Source: an uncultured Anaerolineales bacterium
Lineage (GTDB): Bacteria > Chloroflexota > Anaerolineae > B4-G1 > SLSP01
Direction: 5' to 3'
DNA length: 64,000 bases
Assembly (NCBI GenBank): GCA_964501335.1
Contig: CAZCTC010000036.1
Location: 8,224 to 72,223 of the forward strand
The notes under the pieces are model-generated. The model was not told where the DNA came from and made no database searches. It saw only the letters and a list, made by a program, of their open reading frames with translations. The number at the start of each line of letters is the position of its first letter. The stretch's first letter is position 1. Shown here piece after piece: positions 45,921-58,123 of this stretch. Made by a program: the position numbers and the translations under genes.

Positions 45921-48900
45921 TTAACCTTTCCGCATGACAGCCGGCAGATAGACTCGATAGGTGCGGAAGGTCGCCGTGACCGCCTTCGGCCCATCCATCG
46001 TCACCGTCACGACCGGCACCGCCGCCGTGACCGCCCCGCTCCAGCCGCCGAAGGAAACGGTCCTGGTCGTCGTCGCGCTCAACGTCACCACCGTCCCCGC
46101 CGTAAAGGTCGCCTGACAGGTGCCGCTGGAACAGTTCACGCCGGCCGGCAGACTGGTCACCAGCCCCGTCCCCTCGCCCGTCAGCGTCACCGTCAGCGTA
46201 TAGAGGTTCATCGCAAACGCAGCCGTGATCGTATGGTTCGCCATAACGTTGGTAAAGGTGTAGGCGTTCACCGCCCCCACCGTACTGCCGTCCACCCGCA
46301 CATCCACGATGTGATAACCGGTGCTGGGGCTGATCGTAAAGACCGCACTGCCGCCGTGATTCACCGTCTGCGGCGTGCTGGGACTGATCGAACCGTTCGC
46401 CCCGGCCGTCGGCGTGATCGTATAAATGTTGATCGCAAACGCAGCCGTGATCGTATGGTTCGCCGTGACGTTGGTAAAGGTGTAGGCGCTCACCGCCCCC
46501 ACCGTACTGCCGTCCACCCGCACATCCACGATGTGATAACCGGTGCTGGGGCTGATCGTAAAGACCGCACTGCCGCCGTGATTCACCGTCTGCGGCGTGC
46601 TGGGACTGATCGAGCCGTTCGTCCCGGCCGTCGGCATGATGGTATAAGTGTTGATCGCAAACGCAGCCGTAATGGTGTGGTTCGCCGTGACGTTAGTGAA
46701 AGTATAGGCGCTCACCGCCCCGACCGTGCTGCCGTCCACCCGCACATCCACAATGTGATAACCGGTACTCGGACTGATCGTAAAGACCGCACTGCCGCCG
46801 TGATTCACCGTCTGCGGCGTGCTGGGACTGATCGAACCGTTCGCCCCGGCCGTCGGCGTGATCGTATAAATGTTGATCGCAAACGCAGCCGTGATCGTAT
46901 GGTTCGCCGTGACGTTGGTAAAGGTGTAGGCGCTCACCGCCCCCACCGTGCTGCCGTCCACCCACACATCCACAATGTGATAACCCGTGCTCGGGCTGAT
47001 CGTGAAGGAAATCGTGCTGCCGTAATTCACCACCGTCGGCACGGCCGGACTGAGCGAACCGTTCGCCCCGGCCGTCGGCGTGATGGTGTAGGTGTTGATC
47101 GCAAACGAGGCCGTGACGGCTTTAGCTGTCGTCATTGTGAACACCTGGGGATTGCCGGTACCGCTCAAATCGCCGCTCCACCCGCTAAAGGTCGAACTGA
47201 TCAGCGGTGTCGCAGTCAGGGTGACCACAGTACCGGGCAAGAAACCATAAGTACAGGTGATTCCACAATTGATCCCGGCCGGATTGCTGGTCACATTGCC
47301 GATTCCCATACCGCTGAAATTAAGATTCAACAGCAGATAGGGTGATTCGTACGCTCCCGCATCGACGCTGTCACCGACAATCCGGACATTGCCGTCCAGA
47401 TCAGTCATCATGGTAACGCTGAGACTGTTTCCGGCATCGATCGCCGGCGAAACCATCTGCAAACGATAATCGCCGGTCGTGGTAGGAGCCGCCGTGGCAA
47501 TAATCGGCGTGGCGAACTTCGGATCGCTATACCGCATCCCGGTACCGCAGGTCGTTCCGGAAGGACAGCTTCCCTGAAGCACCGAAGAACTCAGCGCAGC
47601 CGTACCATTGTTGTTGTAAATTTCCGCCCCCGTCGTGGCGCTGTCGCCCCAAAAGATCGTGTTAACCGCAGTGGCCACACTGCCGGACCCATAATTATGA
47701 ATCGCGCCGCCCTGGCCGGCCCGGTTGCCGGCAAAGGTGACATTGAGCAAGCGCGGCGTCACGCTGCCGGAATAGCCGTTGTTGTAAATTCCACCGCCGC
47801 TGGAGCTGCCGTAGTTACCGCTGAAGAGTACGTTGATCAACACCGGGCTGCTGCTCCCCTGATAGCCATAGTTGTCCAGCCCGCCGCCATAAGCCGCCTG
47901 ATTGCCGCGGAAGATCACATGGGTCAATATCGGGCTGCTGACCCCGTTTCCGCCGTCGTTATACATCCCACCGCCGCTGCTGGCGCTCTGATTGCCGCTG
48001 AAGATCACATGGGTCAACTGCGGACTGCTGGTGCCGGAGCTGCCGTTGTTGTAAAGGCCGCCGCCGTAGGAAGCAGCCCGGTTTCCACTGATCGTCAGAT
48101 TGGCAAGGGTCGGACTGCACGCTTTGCCGCTGCCGTTGCCGGCGCAGTAGATCCCCCCGCCCGAATCGTTCGGAGCCGTGCCGGCCGCATTGCCTCCGGT
48201 AACGGTAAAGCCGTCGATCACCGTGGTCCCGGTAATCAGGCCGTTCGTCACCCCGTCCAGATAAAACACATGATAGGCATTGTTGGTCGCCAGCCCGTTT
48301 TTATCGATATCCCCGCTGAGGATGGTCGGATGCGCCGTCCAGTTGCGCTCGGAACGCTGCGTCTCGGTGGCGGCAAAACCGCCGTAAAGTTGCACATTGT
48401 TCCGATTGATCCGGAAAGTCTCCGTCAAGGCATTGTTCACATGCCCCGCGCCCTCATCGGGATAATAAGTTCCCTCAGCCACCCAGATCTCATAAGTCGA
48501 AGAGACATGCGCATGGGTCCAGGCCAGCGCCTCCTGCACATTGGTATAAGCGGTGCTCCAGGAAAGGCCGTCGGGAGTGCCGGTCGCATCCCTGTCGACA
48601 TAGAAAACATGGGCTTCGTAGGCTCCCCGATCCACCAGCGGAGCCGTGCCGTTGCCGGTATCGGCAGCCGGCATATCGACTTTGCGGGCCCAGCCATCCC
48701 GATCTGTCCCCGCCGGCACAACGTTATTGTCACCGGAATCGATCGCAGGCGACGTTAAACGCAAACGATAATTGCCGCTTGTTGTAGGAGCCGCCGTGGC
48801 GGTAATCGGCATAATAAATAAGGGATCGGTATAAAGCATCCCAGATCCACAACTCGCCAGGTCCGGACAGCCTCCCTCAATCGTACTGTAACTGATCACC

Positions 48901-50513
48901 GGGTAAGTGGCATTAAAATTGTAAGTGTAAATCTGCGCCCCCGCCCCCCCGGCCGTATTCCCCCACAAAATACTGTTTTGCAATGCCGGCTGGCTACCCC
49001 AATAACCATTGCCGTAAAGCACCATAGCGCCGCCATTTACCGCGGCCCGATTTCCACTGAACGTCAGATTGGTCAACACCGGATAGGCAGCAGTCCAGGC
49101 AGCATAGGCAAGAATTCCCAATCCCCCACCCTCGTTGGCCTGATTTCCACTGAAAACCACGTTGTTCAATACCGGATTACCATCTCCGGTACCCACCAGA
49201 AGGGCTCCCCCCCCAGTCCCTCCGGCCATATTGTTGAGAAAGGTTACATTATCCATCCGGAGATAACTGATAGATCGAACCGCATTATTGATCAGCCCAC
49301 CGCCCCCCTCAGTAGATCGGTTGCCGGTAAAAACAACATCCTTCAAATAGGGGCTCAAGACAGCTCCGTCCGTTATCCCGTAATCAGTAGCGAGGCCACC
49401 TCCATTAGTAGCCTGATTGCCGCTGAAAACTACATGAGAAATCGTAGGGCCACAGACCGGACCAGCAGAATAGCAATAAAGGCCCCCACCCCGATCCTGC
49501 CAATATCCCCCATCTGCCTGTCCCCCTGTCAGCGTAAAGCCGTCGATGACCGTAGTCGGACCAATACTGGATGAATACGCCCTTAGAGAAAAAATGTTAT
49601 AGGCATTGCCGCCCACAATATCGTTCCAGGTTTCATTAATGAAATTGCCGTCTGTGTTAATGTCATTTCTCTCGACATCCCCACTAAGAATCGTCGGATG
49701 GGCCACCCAATCACGTTGGTCCAACCGGGTCTCGTTCCCGGCAAACCCGCCGTAAAGCAAAAAACCATCCACATCCTCAATCCTGAAAGTGGCATTCCGG
49801 CCATCCCCTTCTGGATAGTAGACCCCCTCCGCCACCCAGATCTCCTCATCGGTCCCGGTATGATAAGCTATAGCCGTCGTCAGAGAAGTATAGGCATTCT
49901 GCCAGGAAAGCCCGGTTCCGGTGCCGGTCGCATCTTTATCGACATAATAGATCGGCCGGATCGCATACTCGAAGTAAGCGCCGTCCGATTCGGTCCAGGA
50001 AGTCTCATACTGACTGGCGTTGCGATCGGCGACCGTGCCGGAAACGCGGCCAGAACTGGTCGCCAATGTGCCGTTGCTGATATAGAAAATGTATTTGACC
50101 GTGGTACCGTAAGGCTGCGGCGGCACGCTCGCCACCCAGATCCGGTTGGGATCGCTGTATCTGGAGAAAGTAGCCGTCACCGCCGTCCCGTTGGTCTTGG
50201 TAGGATTGCTGCCGTCCGTTGTATAGACCAGATAGACTGTTTTGCCGGTCGTATCGAAAGCAAAATTGACATAGAGATCGGCCGTATCGTCGAAATGGAT
50301 CATCGAGCTGGAAAAATCAAGGCGCCCGGAGGCCTGCCGGTAATTAGGGGCTACCGTATAGGGGTGAAGATGCGTGCCGTCGGTATAACCGATCGACTCG
50401 CCGGGGAAGTGTCCCGTCCCGCTCCAGGCTCCCACGACGGGAACCAGGACCAATAAGAAGGCCAGCATGGCCATCCAGACACTGAACTTAAGGCTGCCGC
50501 GTATCAGCTTCAT
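45921..50513 (-). CDS. Giant secreted beta-helix (pectin-lyase-fold/Pmp-like) adhesin-like protein with C-terminal tandem domain repeats
   Basis: ATG at 50513 after AAAGGA. Signal peptide. Repeated GG(G/A)(L/I)(Y/H)N..G/...SGN(Q/R)A parallel beta-helix units. C-terminus has four near-identical 74-aa domains plus two diverged flanking copies (InlB B-repeat-like). Confidence 0.8.
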   Translation of the reverse strand: MKLIRGSLKFSVWMAMLAFLLVLVPVVGAWSGTGHFPGESIGYTDGTHLHPYTVAPNYRQASGRLDFSSSMIHFDDTADLYVNFAFDTTGKTVYLVYTTDGSNPTKTNGTAVTATFSRYSDPNRIWVASVPPQPYGTTVKYIFYISNGTLATSSGRVSGTVADRNASQYETSWTESDGAYFEYAIRPIYYVDKDATGTGTGLSWQNAYTSLTTAIAYHTGTDEEIWVAEGVYYPEGDGRNATFRIEDVDGFLLYGGFAGNETRLDQRDWVAHPTILSGDVERNDINTDGNFINETWNDIVGGNAYNIFSLRAYSSSIGPTTVIDGFTLTGGQADGGYWQDRGGGLYCYSAGPVCGPTISHVVFSGNQATNGGGLATDYGITDGAVLSPYLKDVVFTGNRSTEGGGGLINNAVRSISYLRMDNVTFLNNMAGGTGGGALLVGTGDGNPVLNNVVFSGNQANEGGGLGILAYAAWTAAYPVLTNLTFSGNRAAVNGGAMVLYGNGYWGSQPALQNSILWGNTAGGAGAQIYTYNFNATYPVISYSTIEGGCPDLASCGSGMLYTDPLFIMPITATAAPTTSGNYRLRLTSPAIDSGDNNVVPAGTDRDGWARKVDMPAADTGNGTAPLVDRGAYEAHVFYVDRDATGTPDGLSWSTAYTNVQEALAWTHAHVSSTYEIWVAEGTYYPDEGAGHVNNALTETFRINRNNVQLYGGFAATETQRSERNWTAHPTILSGDIDKNGLATNNAYHVFYLDGVTNGLITGTTVIDGFTVTGGNAAGTAPNDSGGGIYCAGNGSGKACSPTLANLTISGNRAASYGGGLYNNGSSGTSSPQLTHVIFSGNQSASSGGGMYNDGGNGVSSPILTHVIFRGNQAAYGGGLDNYGYQGSSSPVLINVLFSGNYGSSSGGGIYNNGYSGSVTPRLLNVTFAGNRAGQGGAIHNYGSGSVATAVNTIFWGDSATTGAEIYNNNGTAALSSSVLQGSCPSGTTCGTGMRYSDPKFATPIIATAAPTTTGDYRLQMVSPAIDAGNSLSVTMMTDLDGNVRIVGDSVDAGAYESPYLLLNLNFSGMGIGNVTSNPAGINCGITCTYGFLPGTVVTLTATPLISSTFSGWSGDLSGTGNPQVFTMTTAKAVTASFAINTYTITPTAGANGSLSPAVPTVVNYGSTISFTISPSTGYHIVDVWVDGSTVGAVSAYTFTNVTANHTITAAFAINIYTITPTAGANGSISPSTPQTVNHGGSAVFTISPSTGYHIVDVRVDGSTVGAVSAYTFTNVTANHTITAAFAINTYTIMPTAGTNGSISPSTPQTVNHGGSAVFTISPSTGYHIVDVRVDGSTVGAVSAYTFTNVTANHTITAAFAINIYTITPTAGANGSISPSTPQTVNHGGSAVFTISPSTGYHIVDVRVDGSTVGAVNAYTFTNVMANHTITAAFAMNLYTLTVTLTGEGTGLVTSLPAGVNCSSGTCQATFTAGTVVTLSATTTRTVSFGGWSGAVTAAVPVVTVTMDGPKAVTATFRTYRVYLPAVMRKG
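46215..47105. repeat. Four near-identical 222-bp in-frame tandem repeats inside the adhesin gene
   Basis: ggtaaaggtgtaggcg recurs at 46251 and 46473, and further units follow with the same period. More than 95% nucleotide identity between units. Confidence 0.9.
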
Positions 50514-50599
50514 CACAGTTCCTTTCTATGAACGAATATGATGCATCTCCCAACACTCAAATTATAAGCACAAAGTGTGACAGAAGTGTTAATCATCAG

Positions 50600-50640
50600 T
50601 TCAGGTTTTCGCGCGCCTCAGAAGGCGCGCGAAAACCTGA
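50600..50640. repeat. Hairpin-family member (18-bp stem) followed by CCTTTTCTTC
   Basis: ttcaggttttcgcgcgcc-tcagaa-ggcgcgcgaaaacctgaa. Confidence 0.8.
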
Positions 50641-50667
50641 ACCTTTTCTTCTATCCTGACCACAAAA

Positions 50668-50705
50668 ATAAAAAAAGCGCGCACTCATGGAGTGCGCGCT
50701 TTTTT
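50668..50705 (-). terminator. Intrinsic terminator of groEL (bidirectional A-run/stem/T-run)
   Basis: aaaaaaagcgcgcactc-atgg-agtgcgcgcttttttcat, 17-50 nt downstream of the groEL stop. Confidence 0.8.
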
Positions 50706-50721
50706 CATCTGATAATCTAAC

Positions 50722-52365
<1,644 letters not shown>

Positions 52366-52413
52366 AGTTCCTCCTGGAACAGTTGAAATTGGAAATTAAA
52401 AGAGAGGGCCGGC

Positions 52414-52719
52414 TTATTCCTCGACGATGCCGAGGATATCGCTCTCGCGCAGGATCAGCATTTCTTTCCCGTCGCGACTCTTGAAGGTGGTGCCGGCATA
52501 CTTGGCGTAGATCACCAGATCACCGACTTTAACTTCCATAGCGATGCGCTTCCCATCCTCATCGCGGGCGCCAGGACCGACGGCGACAATCGTGCCCTGC
52601 TGGGGCTTTTCTTTTGCGGTATCGGGCAAAACGAGCATGCCCCCGGCGAATTTGGTTTCCCCTTCTTCCACCGGTTCCACCACGACACGGTCACCGAGAG
52701 GACGAATCTTGATGGTCAT
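52414..52719 (-). CDS. groES: Co-chaperonin GroES
   Basis: [16 protein letters not shown].. 101 aa, directly upstream of groEL. Confidence 0.95.
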   Translation of the reverse strand: MTIKIRPLGDRVVVEPVEEGETKFAGGMLVLPDTAKEKPQQGTIVAVGPGARDEDGKRIAMEVKVGDLVIYAKYAGTTFKSRDGKEMLILRESDILGIVEE

Positions 52720-52752
52720 CCTAACCTCCGTATGCTTGGTAGTTAGTAAATT

Positions 52753-52779
52753 TTAGCACTCTCATCACCTGAGTGCTAA
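52753..52779. promoter_or_regulatory. CIRCE operator (HrcA site), perfect consensus
   Basis: TTAGCACTC-tcatcacct-GAGTGCTAA, 34 nt upstream of the groES start. Confidence 0.92.
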
Positions 52780-52787
52780 CTGCGTTT

Positions 52788-52816
52788 ATAATACCATGGC
52801 CTAAATCTTTTGTCAA
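52788..52816 (-). promoter_or_regulatory. groESL sigma70-type promoter between the two CIRCE elements
   Basis: Minus strand: TTGACA (52816..52811), 17-nt spacer, TATTAT (52793..52788). Confidence 0.55.
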
Positions 52817-52840
52817 GCACTCTCAAGGCGAGAGTGCTAA
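52814..52840. promoter_or_regulatory. Second CIRCE-like operator overlapping the -35
   Basis: CAAGCACTC-tcaaggcga-GAGTGCTAA (9-nt spacer; 2 mismatches in the left arm). Confidence 0.75.
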
Positions 52841-52889
52841 AAGTCCCGAGAATATTTTTCGCGCGCCAAAGGCGCGCGAAAAATATAAA

Positions 52890-53822
52890 TTATTCCAGCC
52901 TCTCCGTCATCCCCTCGCGCAGCTCATCGACCAAAGATTCAAGATCGACCGCCCCCGCCTCCAGCCAGCGGATTTGCGGGTCGGCCGGGCGGAACCAGGT
53001 ATATTGTCGACGAATAAAATCATGGGTATCCAGTTGCGTCCGCTCGACGGCCTGCTCCAGCGTCCCCTTCCCCTCAAAATAAGGGCGAAACTGGATATAA
53101 CCCAACCCCGAAAGAGAGGGCAACTCCCAGGCATAACCTGCCTCGCGCAGACGTGCAATTTCATCGAGCAACCCCGCCGCCACCATCGCCCGCACCCGCG
53201 CATCCGCCCGGGCATAAAGTTCCGCCCGCGGCATCGTCAGGCCCAGACGCATTACCCGATAGGGCGGAGGTACGCTGCGCCGCAACACGGAAAAGGGCTG
53301 CCCACTCTTCAAACAAACTTCCAGCGCCCGGATCACCCGGCGCAAATTCGGTCGATCGACAAACTCCGCCGCATCCGGATCCAACGCCATCAATCGCCCC
53401 CACAACGCATCCGGATCGGCCTGCCCCTGGCGCTCCAATTCGGCCCGCAGATCGGGATCGGGCGGCACTTCGGGAACCTGCCAGCCTTCCAACAAAGCTT
53501 TAACATACTGCCCGGTGCCCCCCACCAGCAACGGCAAGCGCCCCCGTCCGGCAATCTCCAACACGGCCTCTCGGGCCAATCGCAGAAAGTCGGCCAGGCC
53601 AAAGGGCTCATCCGGCTCCACCACATCGATCAGATGATGCGGTGCCCGGGACAACTCCTCCGGCAAAGCCTTGGCCGTACCGATATCCATCCGCCGATAG
53701 ACCTGCCGGGAATCCGCCGAGATGATCTCGCCGCCCAGACGCTCGCTCAAAGCGACGCCCAGAGTCGTCTTACCCACCGCCGTCGGGCCGACAATCGCCA
53801 CGACCGGAATCAGTCGTTCCAT
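52890..53822 (-). CDS. miaA: tRNA dimethylallyltransferase
   Basis: RBS GAGGAGG. P-loop GPTAVGKT. ..ISADSRQVYR..DIGTAK. Confidence 0.9.
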   Translation of the reverse strand: MERLIPVVAIVGPTAVGKTTLGVALSERLGGEIISADSRQVYRRMDIGTAKALPEELSRAPHHLIDVVEPDEPFGLADFLRLAREAVLEIAGRGRLPLLVGGTGQYVKALLEGWQVPEVPPDPDLRAELERQGQADPDALWGRLMALDPDAAEFVDRPNLRRVIRALEVCLKSGQPFSVLRRSVPPPYRVMRLGLTMPRAELYARADARVRAMVAAGLLDEIARLREAGYAWELPSLSGLGYIQFRPYFEGKGTLEQAVERTQLDTHDFIRRQYTWFRPADPQIRWLEAGAVDLESLVDELREGMTERLE

Positions 53823-54229
53823 CCTGCCTCCTCACCTTCTGGAAAAGAAAACTCCTCGCGCTCGCCTTCCAGATCCACATAAAAAGTCATCCGCAACGGC
53901 CGACCGCCGCGATCCAGAGCCACAGCCATCAGACTCAAATGCCAGACCGGATCGCCCGGCACCGCCATTTCCCCTAAATAACGCCGGGCCACCGTTTCCA
54001 TCCGGGCCCGCTTACGCGGCATCAACGATTCTTCTGGAGAGCCCCCCACATCGCCCCGGCGCGTCCGTACTTCAATGAAGAACCATTCCTCATTCCGCAG
54101 CGCCACCAGATCGGCTTCACCTTCGGAGCAACGCCAGTTCCGATCCACAATCTGATAGCCCCGGCGCACCAAAGCCGCCCCCGCCAGCAGTTCCCCCCGG
54201 CGGCCCAGCCCGGCCCGCGCACTGCCCAT
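53810..54229 (-). CDS. yraN: YraN/UPF0102-family predicted endonuclease
   Basis: ATG overlaps the upstream TGA (ATGA coupling). RGEL(L)A..L...G...NWR...GEIDL... pattern. Overlaps miaA by 13 nt. Confidence 0.7.
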   Translation of the reverse strand: MGSARAGLGRRGELLAGAALVRRGYQIVDRNWRCSEGEADLVALRNEEWFFIEVRTRRGDVGGSPEESLMPRKRARMETVARRYLGEMAVPGDPVWHLSLMAVALDRGGRPLRMTFYVDLEGEREEFSFPEGEEAGWND

Positions 54230-54783
54230 CAAAAAACACCCTTATCGCCGGGCAGATCAGAAAGGGCAAGCAACGTCCGTCCCTCATCGCGATCTTCCAC
54301 AATCAAATCCGGCCAGCGCCGCACCTCTTCGACCAGATAACGGCCTAAAGGCCCCTGGAGCAGCTCCAACAACCGGGTCCGGGGCAGCGCCGTCACCGGC
54401 TCACAAAAGGTCGAGAAAGCCGCCGAAACCTCACCGTCACGGCGCAACAGATAAAAAGGCCAGACAATGCAATCAAAAGGACGGGATGCATAAATCGCAC
54501 AACGGGCCGTCGTCAAATCATAAAAAGGGCAGACGACCCGCCCGGCCGGATCACCGGGAATCGGCAACCCTTCGATCTGCCAGAGAGCCCCATGCGGATG
54601 GAAATGCAAATCAAGGTGGGGAAAATCTTGTAACAGTTGAGCGTGAGAAGTGTCGGTAAAGCGGGGAGCGGCCCCCTGTTCATCAGGATAAAAAATACAG
54701 CAGCGCCGACATTGAAAACAGTGTGCCGATTCCAGCAATCCAGAAAGCAACCCTTCCGGGGCGGTTGGGGATTCTTCTTTCAT
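54229..54783 (-). CDS. YkgJ-family zinc/iron-chelating CxxCxxCC protein
   Basis: CFQCRRCC motif plus further conserved Cys. 184 aa. Confidence 0.6.
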   Translation of the reverse strand: MKEESPTAPEGLLSGLLESAHCFQCRRCCIFYPDEQGAAPRFTDTSHAQLLQDFPHLDLHFHPHGALWQIEGLPIPGDPAGRVVCPFYDLTTARCAIYASRPFDCIVWPFYLLRRDGEVSAAFSTFCEPVTALPRTRLLELLQGPLGRYLVEEVRRWPDLIVEDRDEGRTLLALSDLPGDKGVF

Positions 54784-54824
54784 ATCACCTGTTCCTTATT
54801 TTGCTTATTTTTTATAACCGTGAG

Positions 54825-54990
54825 AGGCATTGTAGCGTCCCGCAAATGATCCCTTCCCGGCCCGATGCGACGCGCTGGATGGGAAGAAGAGTTTTTTGGT
54901 GGTGTTTTTGCGCGCATAAGAATGCGCGCAAAAACACAAGCTTTTTTCTCTGCGCCCTCGGCGCCTTTGCGGTGAAATCTGAGTGAATTA
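54825..54990 (+). repeat. Modular intergenic repeat element (forward) with a GCGCGC-core hairpin
   Basis: gtagcgtcccgcaaatgatccc..gcgacgcgctggatgggaagaagag, then gtgtttttgcgcgc-ataagaat-gcgcgcaaaaacac (54902..54937), then aagcttttttctc, then gcgccctcggcgcc. Confidence 0.85.
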
Positions 54991-55087
54991 TGCGGTATTG
55001 CGTTTTTCTTTCTCCTGTTTTCCAGGCTAATTGCCGAGATTGAAAAACTTTCCGTACGCCTGAAGCAAGCGAGAAAGGCACAAAAAT

Positions 55088-56071
55088 CTATGGAACTGTG
55101 ATCCGGAATTTTTCCACCAGCCGCTCAGGATAATAAGACTCCTTGGCCTGACGCAGCCCGGGATCCCCCAAATCCTGTTCCCGGTTGATAAACTCCACCT
55201 CGCCCCAGCATTGCTCGCAAAAGCGCTGATTGACCATCGCATAAAGCCCCTGAATATCGGGATCGGCCTTCTCAATATGGATCACGGCCGTCGTCGGGTT
55301 GATCTTTTCCCCCACCGTGAACGCCACAATTTCCCCCCGCAGGTAAATCACGCCGCCCGAAAGCTGGAGTTCGGCAAAATTCTCCAGAGCCGACTCCACC
55401 GCTTCCAGCTCGCCCAGCAAATCCATATCGTCCTCGCAGCGGTTCATACAATACCACTGGCGGGCCACAGCTCGACAGGCCTCCATATGCTCGGGCGTCA
55501 ATGCCGTGTAGATAAAATCGGGATAAGCTTCCATAAAGTGCTTCAAATGGTTGCGCTTGCGGTGATACTTACGGCCGGCCAGCTTGATAAGGTCTTCGCT
55601 GCGATAAATATAATCGAATTGATCGCGGGTAGGCTCAATCGTCAGATCCGCCGCCCCGTCAAATTCATCGGCCAAAGCCCGTTCGGCCCGTTCAATGCGC
55701 GGTACGGCAATCTCCGGCTGAGTGCGCATCCAATCCAACAAAAAACGCACCACTTCCTGACGCGGAGCAGGCCCAATCGGAGGATAAAAATAAATCCCCC
55801 CGGCATCCTGGCTCTGTAACAACAGCCAATCCCGGTAAATCGACCAGTTAAGGCCGCCTGATTTACGCCAGATAAAAAGATTGGTAAAACTCAGCTCGGA
55901 AATTTCCGGCGGATAACGAGTCAGATATTCCTGGAACAGGTCGCGGTCCTGCAATTCTATGGCTTTAAAATTGGGAAACTCAGGAATCATTCCCACTCCT
56001 TCAATGTCTACCACATCGCAAAAGAGACCCGGCAGCCAAAGCGGCCGCCGGGCTAATTCCATCTTCAACAC
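55088..56071 (-). CDS. DUF2156 protein (MprF C-terminal lysyl-PG-synthase-like/GNAT-fold domain), standalone
   Basis: TTG after GGAGG, or ATG 9 nt later. 327 aa. Confidence 0.5.
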   Translation of the reverse strand: MLKMELARRPLWLPGLFCDVVDIEGVGMIPEFPNFKAIELQDRDLFQEYLTRYPPEISELSFTNLFIWRKSGGLNWSIYRDWLLLQSQDAGGIYFYPPIGPAPRQEVVRFLLDWMRTQPEIAVPRIERAERALADEFDGAADLTIEPTRDQFDYIYRSEDLIKLAGRKYHRKRNHLKHFMEAYPDFIYTALTPEHMEACRAVARQWYCMNRCEDDMDLLGELEAVESALENFAELQLSGGVIYLRGEIVAFTVGEKINPTTAVIHIEKADPDIQGLYAMVNQRFCEQCWGEVEFINREQDLGDPGLRQAKESYYPERLVEKFRITVP

Positions 56072-56080
56072 TGCCTCCGT

Positions 56081-57841
56081 CTATTCGACGATACGAATGT
56101 GCAAATCTCTTAACTGCCGTTCGGAAGCGGGCGAAGGCGCATCCGCCATCAAATCCGCCGCCTGGGTGGTCTTAGGGAACGCAATCACCTCACGGATGCT
56201 GGTCTCATCAGAGAGCAGCATCACCAGCCGGTCGATCCCGGGAGCCATCCCGCCGTGCGGCGGAGCGCCGTAAGAGAAGGCGTCCAGCATGTGACCGAAG
56301 CGCGCCCGGATCTCTTCCTCGGGATATCCCAGCACCTTGAAAATCGCCATCTGGATCTCAGGATCGTGGATACGGATCGAGCCGGAAGCCAGTTCATAAC
56401 CGTTGCAAACCAGATCGTAAGCATCGGAAAGCACCGCCAACGGATCTTTCATCATCTCTTCATAAGTATTGGGCCGGGGCATCGTAAAGGGATGATGCGC
56501 CGCATCCCAGCGTTCTTCCTCGGCGTTCCACTCGTACATCGGGAAATCCAGCACCCAGCCGAAGGCCATCAAATTCGGATCGGCCAGCTTCAGCCGATCC
56601 CGGAAGGTCAAACGCAGCGCCGAAAGCGCCGGACCCACCACCTTAGGCTGATCGGCAACGATACAGACCAGATCGCCATCGTGCGCGCCCATCTGCCCGG
56701 CAATGGCTTTCAATTCATCCGGCGTGAGGAATTTCACCGCCGGCCCCTTCACCTCGCCCGGCAGGAATGCCAGCGTCACCAGGCCCTTGGCCCCCTGCCC
56801 CTTGGCAATCTCGGTCAATTCGTCGAGCTGCCGGCGCGTATATTCCGCACAGCCCGGCGCCACAATCCCCTTGATCCGTCCGCCGCCGGCTGCCGCCTGC
56901 TGGAAGACCGCAAAGCTGCTGCCGCTCAGCAAGGGAGTCAGCTCCTGCAATTCCATGCCAAAGCGCAGATCGGGCTTATCGACCCCGTAGCGCTCGATCG
57001 TCTCACGGTACGAAAGGCGGGGGAACGGCGAAAGCACACGTTTGCCGGGCGTCACGGCCGGGATCATCTCCGTAAAGAGCCCTTCCACAATCTCCAACAG
57101 ATCATCGCGTTCCACAAAGGACATTTCCATATCGAGCTGCGTGAACTCAGGCTGGCGATCCCCGCGCAGATCTTCATCGCGGAAACAGCGAGCAATCTGG
57201 AAATAACGCTCGTAGCCGGCCACCATCAACAGCTGCTTCAACTGCTGCGGCGACTGGGGCAGCGCATAGAAATCGCCAGGATGAACCCGGCTGGGAACAA
57301 GATAGTCACGGGCACCCTCGGGCGTCGATTTGAAAAGGATCGGCGTCTCGATTTCCAGGAAACCCAACTTCTCCAGATAATCGCGGATGAATTTCACCAC
57401 ATGGTGGCGCAAAATGATATTACGCTGCATCCGCGCCCGCCGCAGGTCCAGATAACGGTAGCGCAGGCGAAGCGCCTCATCTACCGGAGAATCCTCATAA
57501 ATATAGAAGGGAGTTGTACGCGACGTATTAAGAATCTTGATCGAGTGGGCCTCGACTTCGATCTCACCGCTGGCCCAATCGGGATTGACCTGATCGATCG
57601 GCCGGCGGCGCACAATTCCGCGTACCTGCACCACAAACTCACTGCGCACCTGATCGGCGACCGCATGGGCCTCCGGCGCCGCATCCGGGCTGGCGACAAC
57701 CTGGGTCAGTCCCCAGCGGTCGCGCAGGACGATAAAAATCAATCCGCCATGATCCCGCCGCCGGTTGACCCACCCGGCCAGCGTGACTTCCTGGCCCTCA
57801 TGTTCCGCTCGCAATTCTCCACAGGTGCGGTTTTTCAACAT
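56081..57841 (-). CDS. aspS: Aspartate--tRNA ligase
   Basis: RBS GGGGGAGG. N-terminal OB-fold (..[26 protein letters not shown]), class II motifs, GAD insertion. 586 aa. Confidence 0.95.
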   Translation of the reverse strand: MLKNRTCGELRAEHEGQEVTLAGWVNRRRDHGGLIFIVLRDRWGLTQVVASPDAAPEAHAVADQVRSEFVVQVRGIVRRRPIDQVNPDWASGEIEVEAHSIKILNTSRTTPFYIYEDSPVDEALRLRYRYLDLRRARMQRNIILRHHVVKFIRDYLEKLGFLEIETPILFKSTPEGARDYLVPSRVHPGDFYALPQSPQQLKQLLMVAGYERYFQIARCFRDEDLRGDRQPEFTQLDMEMSFVERDDLLEIVEGLFTEMIPAVTPGKRVLSPFPRLSYRETIERYGVDKPDLRFGMELQELTPLLSGSSFAVFQQAAAGGGRIKGIVAPGCAEYTRRQLDELTEIAKGQGAKGLVTLAFLPGEVKGPAVKFLTPDELKAIAGQMGAHDGDLVCIVADQPKVVGPALSALRLTFRDRLKLADPNLMAFGWVLDFPMYEWNAEEERWDAAHHPFTMPRPNTYEEMMKDPLAVLSDAYDLVCNGYELASGSIRIHDPEIQMAIFKVLGYPEEEIRARFGHMLDAFSYGAPPHGGMAPGIDRLVMLLSDETSIREVIAFPKTTQAADLMADAPSPASERQLRDLHIRIVE

Positions 57842-57904
57842 AGTTGCCTCCCCCGTCGAAAGTAGGCATAACTATACCACAGGGAGCAGGGGAAGCAAGC
57901 GATG

Positions 57905-58050
57905 GTATTTTCATATTTTCGCGCGCCGCCTGCGTAGCAGGTCAGATAAACAGAGAAAAGTTATTTTTATTCATTTTGTCGGCAGCATCAGAAAGCCGCC
58001 GACAAAATGAGCTTTTCTTTCTCTTGTTTTTCGGACTAGCCGTACAGGTG
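57905..58050 (+). repeat. Hairpin-family copies in the aspS/58124 divergent region
   Basis: catattttcgcgcgccgcctgcgtagcagg.. and cattttgtcggc-agcatcagaaa-gccgacaaaatg (57972..58009), then agcttttctttctc. Confidence 0.75.
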
Positions 58051-58123
58051 ATAAGGATTCAAGTCAAAATGATGCCGCGCCCCGCTTTGCCTGCACTTGA
58101 TCTATTCAAAAAGGGCGTTTATA

